Assembly (NCBI RefSeq): GCF_001194135.2 | Contig: NC_068989.1 | Coordinates: 36,673,538 to 36,737,537 of the forward strand | Reading direction: 5' to 3' | Source: Octopus bimaculoides | Lineage: Eukaryota | Length of the DNA: 64,000 nt | In this document: positions 26,721 to 40,910 of the stretch, piece by piece | Layout: every line of letters begins with the position of its first letter | How positions within the stretch are numbered: the first letter of the stretch is position 1 | Program-made: the position numbers and the translations under genes | The notes under the pieces: model-generated | The model's input: the letters and a program-made list of their open reading frames with translations, nothing else | What the model was told of the DNA's origin: nothing | Databases searched by the model: none

Positions 26721-28869
26721 TGTGAAATTACAACCATCATTACTCTCTTCATTTATTTGAAGTGGAGGGAAGTTGTGGAAGAGAGGCCAGAGAAGACATA
26801 GGATAATGTATTGAAGGCTGATCTCAAAACACTGAACCTTACGAAGGAGATGACAGGGGACTGAGATTGCTGTACTCGAGAAGACTCACTCTCCACAACA
26901 GAACTGAGATCCTAAAACCAAGGTGCCACATAAAAAGCACTGGGGCTGGTACCTTGTAAAAAGCACCTAGTACACTCTGTGGAGTGATTGGCGTTAAGCA
27001 GGACATCCAGCCATAGAAATCAAGCCTAAACAGCCTATGGAACCTGATGTGGACCCTGGCCTTGCCAATTCCTGTCAAACTGTCAAAACCATGCCAATAT
27101 AGAAAACGGATGTTAAATGCTACTGATGATGATGATGATTGCTAATACCATTGTGGTTTGTGACTGTCATGGGATTCTTAATACTATTGTCTTTGAGTTT
27201 TGGGGCTAAAAATCCAAGAGAGGTTCTGTAACAGAAACCACAGAAGTATATGTCATTGAGATGTTGAAATATCAATGAGATCTATGTTTACAATTATATT
27301 TACAACTAGCAACAGCTAAAATTTTAGATAGGCACAGGCATGGCTGTGGGGTTAAGAAGCTTAGTTCCTAACCACATAATTCTGGGTCCAGTCCCACTGC
27401 ATGGTACATTGGGCAAGTGTTTTCTACTATAGCTCCAGGCTATATTAGAGCCATGTGAGTGGATTTGGTAGATGGAAATTGAAAGAAGTCCATCATGTGT
27501 GTGTGTGTGTGTGTGTCAGTGAGTGCCCCCCCCCACTACTGCTTGACAACCAGTGCTTATGTGTTTATATCCCCACAACTTAGTGTTTTGGCAAAGAGAC
27601 TGATAGAATAAGTAGCAGGCTTAAAGAAAAAGAAAAAAAAATACTGAGGGTTGATTCATTTGACTAAAAATTCTTCAAGGCAATGCCTCAGCCTGATAAG
27701 AGTAAAAAACATAAGTGAATGTATGGAAAACAAAATAGTAATTTTGAAAGAAGTATCTATAAGACTAGTTTTTAAACATTAAATAACAACGAAGGTCCAC
27801 CGAAATAAAATAGTAATCAAAAGAGTCCATAGATAAAAAAAACAGTTGAGAGCCACTGCTTTAGTAGACCTGCAAAGATTAACCTACTCAAGGTGAGTAC
27901 AAAGGAGGCTCCATGGGCACATTGTGGCACAAGGGACATTCTGAATGGCACACCAATGAAAAATTACCTTGAATTTATTTCCTAATGCAGCCCACCTGAT
28001 GATGAGACATGTTTTGTGCAGCCTGCTTCTTGAAAAAGATTTCTCATACCTGCTCTATATGGTGGCTTGATCTGCTAGAGATAGCAGCAAATTAATGTAA
28101 GTATGTATGTGTGAGTGTATGTATGTATGTATGTATGTATGTTATCAATCAGTTTCATTTCTGTATTTCTTGTCCATAGAGAAAGAGCCGGACTCTAACA
28201 TAGATTCAAGGCTCCTTCATTGGAACTTTTATCAGCATCATCTAGACATTTGTGCATATGTGTGTGTGTGTGTGTGCAGTATTTGGTGTTAGTGTNNNNN
28301 NNNNNNNNNNNNNNNNNNNNNNNNNNNNNNNNNNNNNNNNNNNNNNNNNNNNNNNNNNNNNNNNNNNNNNNNNNNNNNNNNNNNNNNNNNNNNNNNNNNN
28401 NNNNNNNNNNNNNNNNNNNNNNNNNNNNNNNNNNNNNNNNNNNNNNNNNNNNNNNNNNNNNNNNNNNNNNNNNNNNNNNNNNNNNNNNNNNNNNNNNNNN
28501 NNNNNNNNNNNNNNNNNNNNNNNNNNNNNNNNNNNNNNNNNNNNNNNNNNNNNNNNNNNNNNNNNNNNNNNNNNNNNNNNNNNNNNNNNNNNNNNNNNNN
28601 NNNNNNNNNNNNNNNNNNNNNNNNNNNNNNNNNNNNNNNNNNNNNNNNNNNNNNNNNNNNNNNNNNNNNNNNNNNNNNNNNNNNNNNNNNNNNNNNNNNN
28701 NNNNNNNNNNNNNNNNNNNNNNNNNNNNNNNNNNNNNNNNNNNNNNNNNNNNNNNNNNNNNNNNNNNNNNNNNNNNNNNNNNNNNNNNNNNNNNNNNNNN
28801 NNNNNNNNNNNNNNNNNNNNNNNNNNNNNNNNNNNNNNNNNNNNNNNNNNNNNNNNNNNNNNNNNNNNN

Positions 28870-29156
28870 TATCATCATCATTGTCACCATCATGATCATG
28901 ATCATCATTATCATCATCATCATTGCTGTCATCATTGTAGTTGTAATTGTCATCATCATCATCATCAACACCATCATCACCATCATTGTTGTCATCATCA
29001 TCATTATTGTTATCATTGTTGTCATCATCATCATTATTATTATCATGATTGTCATCATCATCATTGTAGTTGTTGTTGTCATCATTATCATCATCATCGT
29101 TGCCTTTATCATCATCATCAACATCATTATCATCATCATCATCATCATCATCATCC

Positions 29157-29215
<59 letters not shown>

Positions 29216-29260
29216 GATATCATCGAAATAATTATCGCTGCAATCATCAATCATCACCTT
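28870..29260. repeat. Long degenerate (ATC)n trinucleotide array
   Basis: Direct reading; source of the poly-Met/Asp/His/Ile ORFs in the track. Confidence 0.95.
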
Positions 29261-30427
29261 AACTGTAATCATTGTTGCCACCAGCATAAATGTTACAATG
29301 TAAAAAAGAAAAGAGAATAAGAAGGAGTGATAGAGAAAGAGAGAGGGGGAGAGAAAGAGAGAGAAAGAGAAAAAGACAGAGAGAGAAAGTGCAACTTCAA
29401 TATTTTCTCTCCACCCCCCTTTCGCCCTAGCACTTCATAAGTTTGTAATTTTATAACATTTGGTGAACTTCCTGTCAAAAATATGCTGATAACCAGGTCA
29501 GGAAATTTAATGACTTTATGTCAGTATGATTAGGCACCAGTATATCTGTCCTATTGTTTTATGGTAGCACCAGCTGGACACAAAGAATCAATTTACAAAA
29601 CTTTGAGCTAATTGCTTATTAGGGCAAATGTTGAAATACAGCACCATCTTAAATATATATTTGCTTTGTGTATGGATGTGTAGATACTGGTATGTTTGAG
29701 TGGTTCACCAGCTTGACTTGGAACAGTAAGATTCTGGGTCCAACCCCATGGTTTGATGTGCGTGTGTGTGAGCATGTGTATGTGTGGGTGTATCTTTCCA
29801 ATGTCTTGATATTTGCTTATTGTCATGGGTTGCTTATCGTCATGGTACAGAGCATTTACCTGCAGTTTGCGAGGTACAGGAGATTGATTCTCTGAAGCAC
29901 CTACTGGCAACATTTTTACATGGCAGTGAGCTGGCAAAATTGTTAGCAGGCTGGACAAATTTTTAGTGGCATTTTATCTGTCTTTATGGTCTGATTTCAA
30001 ATTCCTTAAAAGTCAACTTTTCCTTTCATCCTTTCAAGGTCAGTAAAATAAGAACTAGTTGAACACTGGGGTTGTTGTAATCAACTTATCCCCTCTCCAA
30101 AACTGCTGGCCTTGTGCCAAAATTTGAAACTAGTATTATTTGATTCTATAATAATAAACGTGAAATTCTGTTTGTCCATCCATCTGGGAATCCTGTATCT
30201 CAGTCAACATCTGTTCTATATCGACATATACCTTTTTGGAATCAGGATGATCCTGGGATTGAAAATCTGGCCTTCATTTGATTCTTGAACATCCAGCATT
30301 GGGATCAGATCTGGATGAGGATTTGTTATATGCTAACAGTTGAAAATTCAAATTTTAAAACAACTCTGGAAATTTTTGAACCTAAAGTTTTTCATTTAAA
30401 CTGAATTTAAAGTAATACCATATTGGT

Positions 30428-30799
30428 TGTTGGCACTCCATCGCTTACGACGTCGAGGGTTCCAGTTGATCCGATCAACAGAACAGCCTGCTCATGAAAT
30501 TAATGTGCAAGTGGCTGAGCACTCCACAGACACATGTACCCTTAACGTAGTTCTCGGGGATATTCAACGTGACACAGTGTGACAAGGCTGACCCTTTGAA
30601 TTACAGGCACAACAGAAACCGGAAGTAAGAGAGAGAGAAAGTTGTGGTGAAAGAGTACAGCAGGGTTTTCCACCACCCCTTGTGGAGCTTTAGGTGTTTT
30701 TGCTCAATAAACACTCACAACACCTGGTCTGGAAATCGAAACCGCGATCCTATGACTACGAGTCCACTGCCCTAACCACTGGGCCATTGCACCCCAACA
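30428..30799 (-). mobile_element. SINE family B copy with 11-bp TSD
   Basis: Same sequence as 3320-3707; TSD accatattggt at 30417-30427 and 30800-30810. Confidence 0.9.
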
Positions 30800-30879
30800 A
30801 CCATATTGGTAGGGTACCAATAAATGCTTTATTATTATTGCTTTCTTTAGTTTTGATCTGCAGAAGCTAGCCTAAAAGT

Positions 30880-31165
30880 CCACACAGGGTGTGGCTTTTA
30901 AGCTAGTACTGCATAAAAGCAATAATCAATACCACAGTCTGTCAATAATATTCCAAAAACTTTAAAGGAGAAAAAGAGCCCATAACATTGAAATTGTACC
31001 TGGACAAATTTCTCCAAGAAATACTAGACTAACCATCAACTCAGTAAACAACAACTTTCAACTTGAATGGGCTATGATGTCCTAAAACATGACTTAAAAG
31101 ACAACCCCATGTGATGTTATTAGGTTAGACTTGGCCTGGGCCAATGATGGCCAAAACCTAAGTTA
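30880..31165 (+). mobile_element. CR1-like LINE 3' end, same family as 61680-61938
   Basis: Shared GGACAAATTTCTCC..., AACAAC..CT...GA.TGGGC.ATG.TGTCC and GTTAGAC.T.GCCTGGGCC segments. Confidence 0.65.
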
Positions 31166-31982
31166 ATTGTGTGTTTGCGAAAACATATCTAGTCATTGAG
31201 CTGCTTGTTGTTTGTAAAACTAAAGGAAATGCTACTTTTCTTGATAGGATTGGGAACAGGGAGAGCATCTGGCCGTAGAAAAACTGTTTTATTAAGTTTC
31301 ATTTGATCCATGCAAGCAGATGACAATGACAATGATGGTTGTGGTAGTGATGGTGATGCTGGTGCTGCTGATAATGATGGTTGTTGTTGTTGTTGTTGTT
31401 GTGGTGCTGCAGCTGACGATGATGACAACAATGATGATGGTCTAATTTTACCTTAGGGTTGACACCTGTAGATGTTTAAGCAGGGCATCAGCTATATTAA
31501 TCTCTCTCTATCCACTTTATAGGAGAATCTGTGAATGTCAAGAAGCGCTGTTCTTTCTCCCTTTGACTAACTTATGAATAAGTTAAAAAGTGTCTGTTTT
31601 AATAATTTATCTACCTTAAAACATTGCCATCAGGTCCATAAGAATAAATGTCTTTTCAATTTATATAGTATTTTCAGGGTGCAGACATGGATGTGTGGTT
31701 AAGAAGGTCACTTTGCAACTGCACGAATCCGGGTTCAGTTCCACTGTGCAGCATTTTGGGCAATTGTCTTCTATTACAGCCCTGGGGTGACCAATGTCTT
31801 GTGAGTAAATATGTGGAAGCTCATAGTATGTGTGTGTGTGTGTGTGTGTGTGTGCACACACCTTCATGCATGCCTGTGTGTGTCTGTGTTTGTTGCCCAA
31901 CCATCTGCTGCTTGACAATTGGTGTTGGCAGAAGAAATAGATAGAATAAGTACCAGGCTTAAAAAAAAACTAAAAATCCTCT

Positions 31983-32197
31983 AACCCTTTTGCACTTAAA
32001 TTGATCATATCTCACCAAAATATTCTTCCTGTTTTATGTTCAAACCAGGCAAACCTGGCCTCACGCTATGTCATTCTAAAAATAAACAATCACATCATCA
32101 AAATCTCTAAGTTACAAGATAATGTATGATTAATTCAAAACAGTGTGAATAAATAAGTATCACATTTGACAGAATAATCTGAATGCTAAAGGGTTAA
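31983..32197. mobile_element. piggyBac-type MITE (TTAA-CCC...GGG-TTAA) nested in a SINE; related copies about 33463-33690, 54690-54917, 57746-57950
   Basis: Ends cTAACCCTTT...AAAGGGTTAA; the SINE resumes after it. Confidence 0.65.
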
Positions 32198-34169
32198 ACT
32201 GGTGCTCAAGTATGGCCATAGTCTAATGACTAAAACAAGTAAAAGATAAAAGATAGCAAATGAATGATGAATTACCGAAATGTTAACAGTGTTAGATTTT
32301 GCTCCTATAATGGACTGCAGAATAAATCTCTAGATTTCAGCCAACACAGCATCTGTGAATAAAACACAGGACAGCATCAGTCAACCAGTCCCAATATTCA
32401 CTATATCATAAGTTCACACTGAAACTCTCTGAGAACTATGTTAAGGGTATGCATGTTTGTGGAGTACTCAGCCATTTGCACATTAAGTTCACCAGCCAAC
32501 TGTTTCATTGATTAGATTGACTGGAACACTCGTCATTGTAATTGTCATTGTAATTAACAGAGTGCTAGTTAGTTGTCACACAAATTGTATTAACCTCATT
32601 TACATTGATTCTGAAGGAAATGAGGAACTATTTTAGAGTGGTTGTAAGTCAGTTATTCTTCTTAGGCTGTGCATAAGTTTGGAAGATTATGTGTATAGAC
32701 AATGACCATTCAAAAGTTAGAGTTAGCAAATATTTTATTAACCTGCATTATTATATTTACAAATGTACATTCAATAAGTTAATGGGTCACTGTTCAGTGC
32801 ACATAATGGTTAGGAATCTTTTGTATATTACTTACTGGATAATCTAATGAATGTAGTACAAGGAAATAACTCCCTGCATGTAATTGATATGAGTTACTGG
32901 ACTCTACAAGTACAGGTTTGTGCCTTTTGTTGCTTTTGACATAATCATGTTACTTAAAAGTGAAAGAAGTGGAGAGAACAACTTGTTGATACAAGTGACA
33001 TAGATTCTCCTAGACGACTTAATGGCTGTCTTTGGTCATATGAGAGAGACTAATATGCAGAAGAAATGCAACATGACCAATATAAACCTAGGATAGCTCT
33101 GCTTAAGTTGAATTCATTTGTCTGTTTATAACAGTCAGCCCCAAATATTAGAGTCTTTGGCCAGGAAAACTCACGCATTTCCATTGAAGATTGCTATTTT
33201 GGCCATAATAAGCCAGCCAGTGCATATTGGCATAGAGTTAAAAAATACCTTTTATGATGACATTTTTTTCTTTTATAGAATTACATTAGTTTGTGGTTCT
33301 GGCTGAGAAAATCTGAAGGCTATGGTTCAAATGTCAGCTGGTGTTTCACTATAACTCTTTAAAATGAAGGGAGAAAACTCTAATCCCTTCTTCATTTATT
33401 TCTATTCTGTGCTGGAATTATTATAGTACTGGGTTTTTGACTTAGATAATTTTCAACAGGATGTTAACCCTTTATTTGCAATATTTCACTTGAAAGACAC
33501 TGCCTTTGTTTCAAATAATGAAGAATTTAGTAAAATACTTTTGTCCTGATTAAGCTTGTGTTTGGAACATGAATTAACATGAAATTTTGATGAAACATTT
33601 TAATTTAGAACACTTTAAAATAAGAAGAATTGATATCATAGAGTCAAGGGTGGTCTCAGGCAGATTGGTATTCAAAAGGTATGGGTTAATGCACTAGACA
33701 GTCATTTACAACTTTCTTTATATACAATCTCTCTTCCCTGTGAGTAGAAAAAGAGGGACCAGCTTCCAAGAATGTATTATTAATGCAAATCAGGTTATCC
33801 AATTTAATGAAGCTCTTAACCTTTTGACATTAACCCACTTAAGACGACCCTGGGTTCTATAATGCTAACTTTCTCACTTAAAGTGACTGAAATTAAAACC
33901 TGCCAAAATTTCATGTTAGTTTATGTTTCAATACCAACTTAATAACAACAAAGTTATTTTACTAAATTATTCGTGATTTTCAAAATTAATTCAAATAAAG
34001 GTCATGTATTTTAGCAGAAATAGGGTAACAAAGAAGGGCAATTAATGATTTTCAACATTGGAACAGAGCCAAATATTTGAAGGGAGAGGAACATTTGATC
34101 AATTGGCATTTTATTTTATCAACCCTTAAGGTATAGAAAACAAAGACCTTGGTGAGATTTGACTGCAAA

Positions 34170-34440
34170 TAACAGAATCTTCAAACTATTGAATTATTTA
34201 TTGAAAGTATCTGAGAGAGCCTTAGAAAAGTTTGTACAAGATAGTGTTAACTTGCATAAGATACAGTTTGGATTTATGTCAGAACATGGAACTATAGATA
34301 CTATAATAAGTTCTAGGCAGAGAACAAATCATTTTACTATGTCTTCATTGATTTAGATCCTTGAAATCAGTGAGAATCAATGGTACTTAAGGGTATTAAA
34401 AATATGAGTTTAGTTTAACAGCTTGCGATAGCAATAGAAG
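34170..34440 (+). mobile_element. Degenerate RTE RT fragment
   Basis: SVNLHKIQFGFMSEHGTIDTII matches VSLDEVQFGFVPEKSTSNAIF of the long RTE copy. Confidence 0.7.
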
Positions 34441-35141
34441 CTATGTTTTTAAGCATTGTAAGCAAGATAAGGTTTAGCAATAAATTTAATGATAAATTTT
34501 CTATACAGGCTTCTCAGCCATGTAGTCTTGGTTTCAGTTCCACTGCAAAGCACTTTAGGCAAGTGTCTAAACCCAATCTGACCAAAGCCTTGTGAGGGGT
34601 TTTGGTAGATGGAAACTGAAAAAAGACCAATATATAGGTGCATGTGTGTGTGTGTGCTGTGTGTGTATGTATGTGTGTGTGTATATGTATGTGTGTGTGT
34701 GTGTATGTATGTGTGTATGTATGTGTGTGTTTGTATGTATGTCATTGATCAATTTTATTTCAAGATTTCTTGCCAATAGAGAAAGAGCCAGTTTTTAACC
34801 TAGACCCAAGGCTCCTTCACTGGAATTTCAACATCAACAACAGGGTATTTTTGTTTGTATGTATGTATGTATGTATGTATGTATGTATGTANNNNNNNNN
34901 NTATGTTAAGATTTTGCTTACGCATAGTGATATTAACTTGTTAGAACTCTATATGCATATGCTTCAGAGTAAAGCATTGAGCTTATTTAAAAGGCTCTGA
35001 GAAAGCTCTAAGGTGATGCACAAGCACTCATCCCCGAGTGCTCTACATCTTATAGCAGAAATAGCTGTAAACTAATAAAGTTGATTACATAATTCCTGTA
35101 CCCTTGTCAGTTTTAAATTTCATGTATATGTATGTATGTAT

Positions 35142-35179
<38 letters not shown>

Positions 35180-35589
35180 GTTCGTGTGCACATGTTTCAA
35201 CCCTTGCCTTGACATCATGTGATGGATGTAAACAAGCATTACTGTTATACAAACAATGTTGTTTGTTTCCAGTTTTTTGTCTTCTGATATCAGAAACATG
35301 TCTAACCAAGGGGAAATATTACCTTGCTTAAAAACAGGTGAGGGGTGACAACAGGAAGGGCATCTAGCTATAGAAAATCTGCTTAAATGAATTCTGTTTG
35401 ACCCATGCAAGCATGGAAAAGTAGACATTAAGTGACGACAATGATGACAACGGCGGTGACAACAACAATATATACATGACAGGCTTTCATTGGTTCAGGG
35501 CTGTTGTAGAAAACACTTGTCCAAGATTGCAAAGTAGAGGTCTTAACCACACAGCTATGCCAACAGCTATCTGTCTGTCTATCTATCTA

Positions 35590-35640
<51 letters not shown>

Positions 35641-35649
35641 ATATATATG

Positions 35650-35851
35650 GGAGAATTTCCGAAAAAAAACAACAGACGAAGACAGGTGGTGTAAGCAACA
35701 AATGGATGTATTAGTTTAACGCTCAGGAATAGAGAAAGTCTTTGACATTTCGAGCTACGCTCTTCAACTGAAAGGAACACAGAAAGAAACAAGGAGAGAA
35801 ACAAGGAGAAAAAAAATATAAATGTAGCGGTCAGCGATCTATCATGGCGAA
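35650..35851. mobile_element. Possible Penelope-like terminal remnant
   Basis: GAC.TTTCGAGCTACGCTCTTCAAC motif resembles ends of Penelope-like elements as I recall them; partial relative at about 45205-45260. No coding evidence. Confidence 0.3.
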
Positions 35852-36639
35852 NNNNNNNNNNNNNNNNNNNNNNNNNNNNNNNNNNNNNNNNNNNNNNNNN
35901 NNNNNNNNNNNNNNNNNNNNNNNNNNNNNNNNNNNNNNNNNNNNNNNNNNNNNNNNNNNNNNNNNNNNNNNNNNNNNNNNNNNNNNNNNNNNNNNNNNNN
36001 NNNNNNNNNNNNNNNNNNNNNNNNNNNNNNNNNNNNNNNNNNNNNNNNNNNNNNNNNNNNNNNNNNNNNNNNNNNNNNNNNNNNNNNNNNNNNNNNNNNN
36101 NNNNNNNNNNNNNNNNNNNNNNNNNNNNNNNNNNNNNNNNNNNNNNNNNNNNNNNNNNNNNNNNNNNNNNNNNNNNNNTACGAATCTCTTGCAACTTTGT
36201 ACACACACACACACACACACACATCTACATGCTCAATATACAATATATTCCTATGTTTAAAACACAGCAGTTTTGCTGCAAAGCCAGTATGTCAGCAAAG
36301 ATACACCGACAAATAATTATCAGTGTGAAACTGTTAAAATCTCAACTGGTTTTTCTGCAGCCAATCTTCTGCTTTGCCAAATTTTGTCTCCAACTAGTTA
36401 GCAAACAAACTGCAAACTACAGCTGCTGGTGTGAGTCTGACAACTTGTTTATAGATAATCTACTATATCTCAGTGACATTGTGGAATGGAATATCTGTGG
36501 CTGAGTTATAAATTTACTATAGAACACACACACACACACACATGTGCGCACGTGCATGCTATTGTAAAATACAATATAAATAAAAGAATACAACAGAAAA
36601 TGTTCGTTTTTTATGGCCAATATGAATAACACAATATAT

Positions 36640-37140
36640 CTTCCTGTCTGTCAGTTAGTCTGTCTGTTTGTTGTCCTGTTGATCTGTCTGTCTGTCTGAT
36701 TAGCTGTCTATGTGCCAGTCTGTTGGTCTATCTGCATGCCTCTCAGTCTGTTAATCTATCTGCCCACCTCCTGCTTCTTCCCTGTCTATCTCTCTGTCTA
36801 CCTGCCTATCTGTCCATCTGTCTGTCTACATACCAGCCTATATGCCTGTGTGTCTCTTTGCTTGTCTGTCTGTCTGTTAGTCTGTCTATCTACCCGTTTG
36901 TCTGTCTGTGCCTGTTTATTCATCTCTATTTATCTTCCTGTCTATCTGCCAGTGTGTTTGCCTGCCTGCTTGCCTGCCTGCCTGCCTGCCTGCCTGCTAC
37001 CCTGTCTATCTGTTTGTCTACCTAACTGTCTGTTTGTCTCTCTGTCTGACTACCTGTTTATCTATGTTTATTTATCTATTTACCTGTCACTCTAGCTGTC
37101 ATATATTAGCCACCTGTTCATTGGAAGAGGACAGTCTATC
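36640..37140. repeat. Degenerate (CTGT/CTAT/CCTG) tetranucleotide array; similar simple-repeat tracts at about 11050-11480, 22700-22920, 23600-23680, 31320-31440, 53060-53480 plus many (TA)n/(CA)n runs
   Basis: Direct reading. Confidence 0.9.
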
Positions 37141-37204
37141 AACATAAAGAAATCATTTCTTAAAAGCAAGTTTGTTTTTAATTAAGCAATTTAAAATAGT
37201 GTAA

Positions 37205-37560
37205 TCTATATATGTAAAACTAAGAATGTGTGTCTGTCTGTGTGTATGTGTGCATCACAAAAACTCGAGAACTAGCCTACCAATTTCATTCAAACTTTAC
37301 ACATGCCTTACTTAGGGTCCATGGAGTGTCATGGGCCAAAAAATTCTTCAACTTCTTGCCTAATGTGAGCCTGAAGCAATCTTTTAGTTTTGTTTGAGGA
37401 TCTCTTTCTCAATTTGTTTCCAGTTTGCCTTATGGAAGTTCAAATTGGAAAGATTCTGAGAGTTTCTTGTAGGTTGCATGTCCATGGTTTCCTTTGGTCC
37501 GAACATGGTCGTCAGCTCTACCATGTTGTTACAAAACAATATATGTCAGAGCTATGTGAA
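37205..37560 (+). mobile_element. Helitron-like 5' end with possible helicase motif remnant
   Basis: A|TCTATATATGTAAAACT start shared with 19467; decayed FPV.. and EHGRQLYHVVTK resemble the PIF1-type motif FSHGQLYVALSR. Confidence 0.35.
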
Positions 37561-40252
37561 ACAAAATAGCCCCAGAAGTGATCACGAAAGCATCAGACAT
37601 TGTATTTCACTGTAGCTGTGGATCATCAATACCACATATTCATGTTACTTCTAAAATAAAATAGAAATCACAAGACTGAACTATTTACAGATAGTGTATA
37701 AACTATTTGCTGGTCTGCAATGGCACTGCATCAGTAGAATAAATTCAGAATGTATATAATAAATTCAGAATATATATAATAAATTCAGAATATGCAATAG
37801 AAGTAGCTCAGTAATTTAAACACTATCAATATCACATACCTAATGTATGTGTGTTTTAAACACCAGAAGATGCAGTTTTAGTTTAGAGAAGATCCTTTTA
37901 AAGATGTTTAGTGTAATAGAGATTGTATTTGTGATGCGTGTGTTAGCTGGTTAATTTATATTTCTGAAAATCCCAGCTTATCCAGATTGTCACTTGGGCA
38001 TTTACTCACAAAACCAAATGCACCAATTATTATTGGTATAAACATGAATTTATAATCTAGACATAGGAGTTGAAGGTTTAGAAGTAGTTGTCTGTAGATA
38101 TCCTTTTTCTCTTTGATTTTCAGAGAGATATTCACATTAGCAGGGCAGCTAACCTCTATGAATTTTGTACTTTGGTAGAAGTTTTGATGGGAATGTTCTA
38201 CTAATATTCTTTGTATTGATGTTCATGTATGTATTTAATAACAAGGGAAGGGTTCTATATTTATCCCAGGACAGTCTTTATTTGGATGGCATTTTTGGGT
38301 AGCTGATGATCACATGTATGATGTCTTCCATGAAAATGTGACATAATTGACATTTTTAATTGTATCAAGTGCTTCACTGTCTCTTTTGTCTATTAGGTAT
38401 TTTGTAGCAATCTCCTCTCCTTCAAAATGTGATGTATTGAAGCAGTCATGAGTCCAAGTGAAGCTGCATTTCATGTTGATGTTACCATAATCTTCAAGTC
38501 TTCGAGAAATTAGACTTTTTGTGGCATGCAGACTGTTTCACAGTCAGGTCTTCTTTCAGGTATGTTAGTCCAGCTAACTTGGGATTGTTTAGGAAGTCAT
38601 CAGGAATAGAGTGATTCTTAAGGAGATAACTGCTGATGGTGTTCTCTTTGCTTTTCCACACTAGGTTTATGTATCTATTTTTGCTGTCAATGTTTAGCAG
38701 GTGCTGTCTAAGAGAGACTATATGACATTTAAAAGCTGCCCTCTGTCTCCTTTATCTCTTCTTAAGTAGAGCCTTCCGATATCACTGTTTTAGTGGACGT
38801 TTCCAGTTGATGTCAGGATCTTGTAGATTTTAATATCTATGGAGTGAATTTCCTCTACAGACCAGTCAAGCATCCAAATATTGGTATCAGCACTGGTACT
38901 GCAAATGCATTGTGCGATATTGTCTTGTTGTAAGAGGAGTGTTCCATCAGCCATATTTTTCTAACTCTGGTGTAATATTCTTGGGTCACTCTACCTTTAT
39001 TTTTAGCACCTTAGTATGATGTTTACATCAATGCCTATATATTTATAGTATTTTTTGTTTGGAAGAGGAGAGATAAAGAAATTATCGATGCACAGGTTTT
39101 GGGTTTGAGGGACAGATTTTCCAAGTTCAACAATCAAATATGAATACCTCTTTTGACCAAATTCCAATCCGATATCATCTGAAAATGCTATTAACTCAGG
39201 CTGTTTTTTGGCATTGTTAACATTTTTAGTACAGATCTTCAAGTCATCCACAAGTTACTCTGGTATATCTAGCAGCTGCAAACCCTTACATATAGTCAAT
39301 GGATTTTTGTTGAAGAAATGATTTAATGACAAAATAAACAGATTTAGAGAAAGACCATCTCTTTGGAATATTCTCTTAGACTATTGATGATTTTTTCTGC
39401 TTTCAGTTATACATGTGAATACTGTTGTCCAGTTCTTTGTGAACCTCTAAATAGCAGTAACTATGGTAGCAGGCACTTTTACCAAATGTGGAGGCTTCAG
39501 CAGCTATGAGCAATAGAACTGAATGCTTTCCTATGATCAAGCCATACTGTTATAAGGTTTCTGTGGTGCTTTCTTGCCTCAGACAGTGCAGTTTTATTTA
39601 TCAATAGTTCTCCAGCACATCACCACATAGCCTTCTTTCCATTTGCTGGCTCATCACTATGTTGTTGGACTCACAATGATCCCAGAAGAATTGAGAAAGC
39701 TTAAGTACAGTTTGTATCTAATGTTTTGGCAAGCAATGACCCTATAGTTTTCTATCAAGGCAGTGGTTTCATTCTTGGCTTCAAGATCTGTTCATGCTAT
39801 AGTAAGACAATTTAGTATTTAATGTGGCATCCCAGAGTACTTTTGAATATACACAGAAATGGATTTCTGTAAAAATTCAACCTCTTGTACCAGTATCCAA
39901 CTATTAAGTCTCTTCCAATGTCTTACCATTATGCAGTTTGCATACAGCTATAACGAAAGTTTGGGGTTGATTGTGTATGTTTTACTGTCAATACTCATAA
40001 AAGTATTCTTTCCTAACTGTTTTTAACAATAATGTATTCTGGTTGAAATCTCTCTTTTCACTCCAGATCTAGATCAGAAGGATTAAAGATCATCTTGAGA
40101 AGGGTCTTTTTTAGTGGTAATGCTTTCCTTCCTTATCTCCTTATATAATGCTTATGGTTTGGAAGCAACCTTGTGACTTATACTGGCATGCTCAAAACTA
40201 TTTGTACAATAGTGAACTTTTTTATTTAGTATTCTGAGTTCATGCTTTAGAG

Positions 40253-40472
40253 CAGTGGTTCTCACCTGGGGACCATAATTTTCTTGTTAAAATTTATCAG
40301 CAATAAATGTTTTACATCTAGAATTCATAAAATATTTTAACAAATTTTTTTTACAGTTCCTAATAATATTTAATTATAAAATTATAATATTAATTTTTTA
40401 AACATTGAATGGTTAGGAGAGTCCATCTGAGTAAAATAAGAACCAAAGGAGTCCATAGGTAAAAAAGGTGGC
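40253..40472 (+). mobile_element. hAT-type MITE left portion; right-end relative at about 27760-27860
   Basis: Starts CAGTGGTTCTCA, same terminus as 46209-46549. Confidence 0.55.
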
Positions 40473-40591
40473 NNNNNNNNNNNNNNNNNNNNNNNNNNNN
40501 NNNNNNNNNNNNNNNNNNNNNNNNNNNNNNNNNNNNNNNNNNNNNNNNNNNNNNNNNNNNNNNNNNNNNNNNNNNNNNNNNNNNNNNNNNN

Positions 40592-40910
40592 CCCAGACCG
40601 GGCGTTGTGAGTGTTTACTGAGCGAAAACACCTAAAGCTCCACGAGGCTCTGGCAGGGGATGGTGGCGAACCCTGCTGTACTCTTTCACCACAACTTTCT
40701 CTCACTCTTACTTCCTGTTTCTGTTGTGCCTGTAATTCAAAGGGTCAGCCTTGTCACCCTGTGTCACGCTGATTATCCCCGAGAACTACGTTAAGGGTAC
40801 ACGTGTCTGTGGAGTGCTCAGCCACTTGCACGTTAATTTCACGAGCAGGCTGTTCCGTTGATTGGATCAACTGGAACCCTCGACATTGTAAGCGACGGAG
40901 TGCCAGCAAA
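40592..40910 (+). mobile_element. SINE family B copy nested in the RLE retrotransposon; head lost in a gap
   Basis: Reverse complement of 3320-3650. A further decayed copy lies at about 53840-54150. Confidence 0.85.

Noticed and set aside
28195-29320. Poly-Met, poly-Asp, poly-His and poly-Ile ORFs
   Set aside because: Six-frame translations of one (ATC)n array; no domain, splice or codon evidence.
32276-32352. Minus segment with excellent acceptor and donor
   Set aside because: Stops in all three frames; at most a non-coding exon.
33135-33350. Two plus acceptors with frames SAPNIRVFGQENSRISIEDCYFGH and NYISLWFWLRKSEG, and a minus donor TGC|gtgagt
   Set aside because: Conflicting strands, no consistent exon model, no recognised homology.
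37738-37795. Short regularly spaced repeats (AATAAATTCAGAAT x3; AATTAGTTACCATG repeats at 58380-58520) as CRISPR-like arrays
   Set aside because: Simple tandem repeats without unique spacers in a eukaryotic context; no cas genes.
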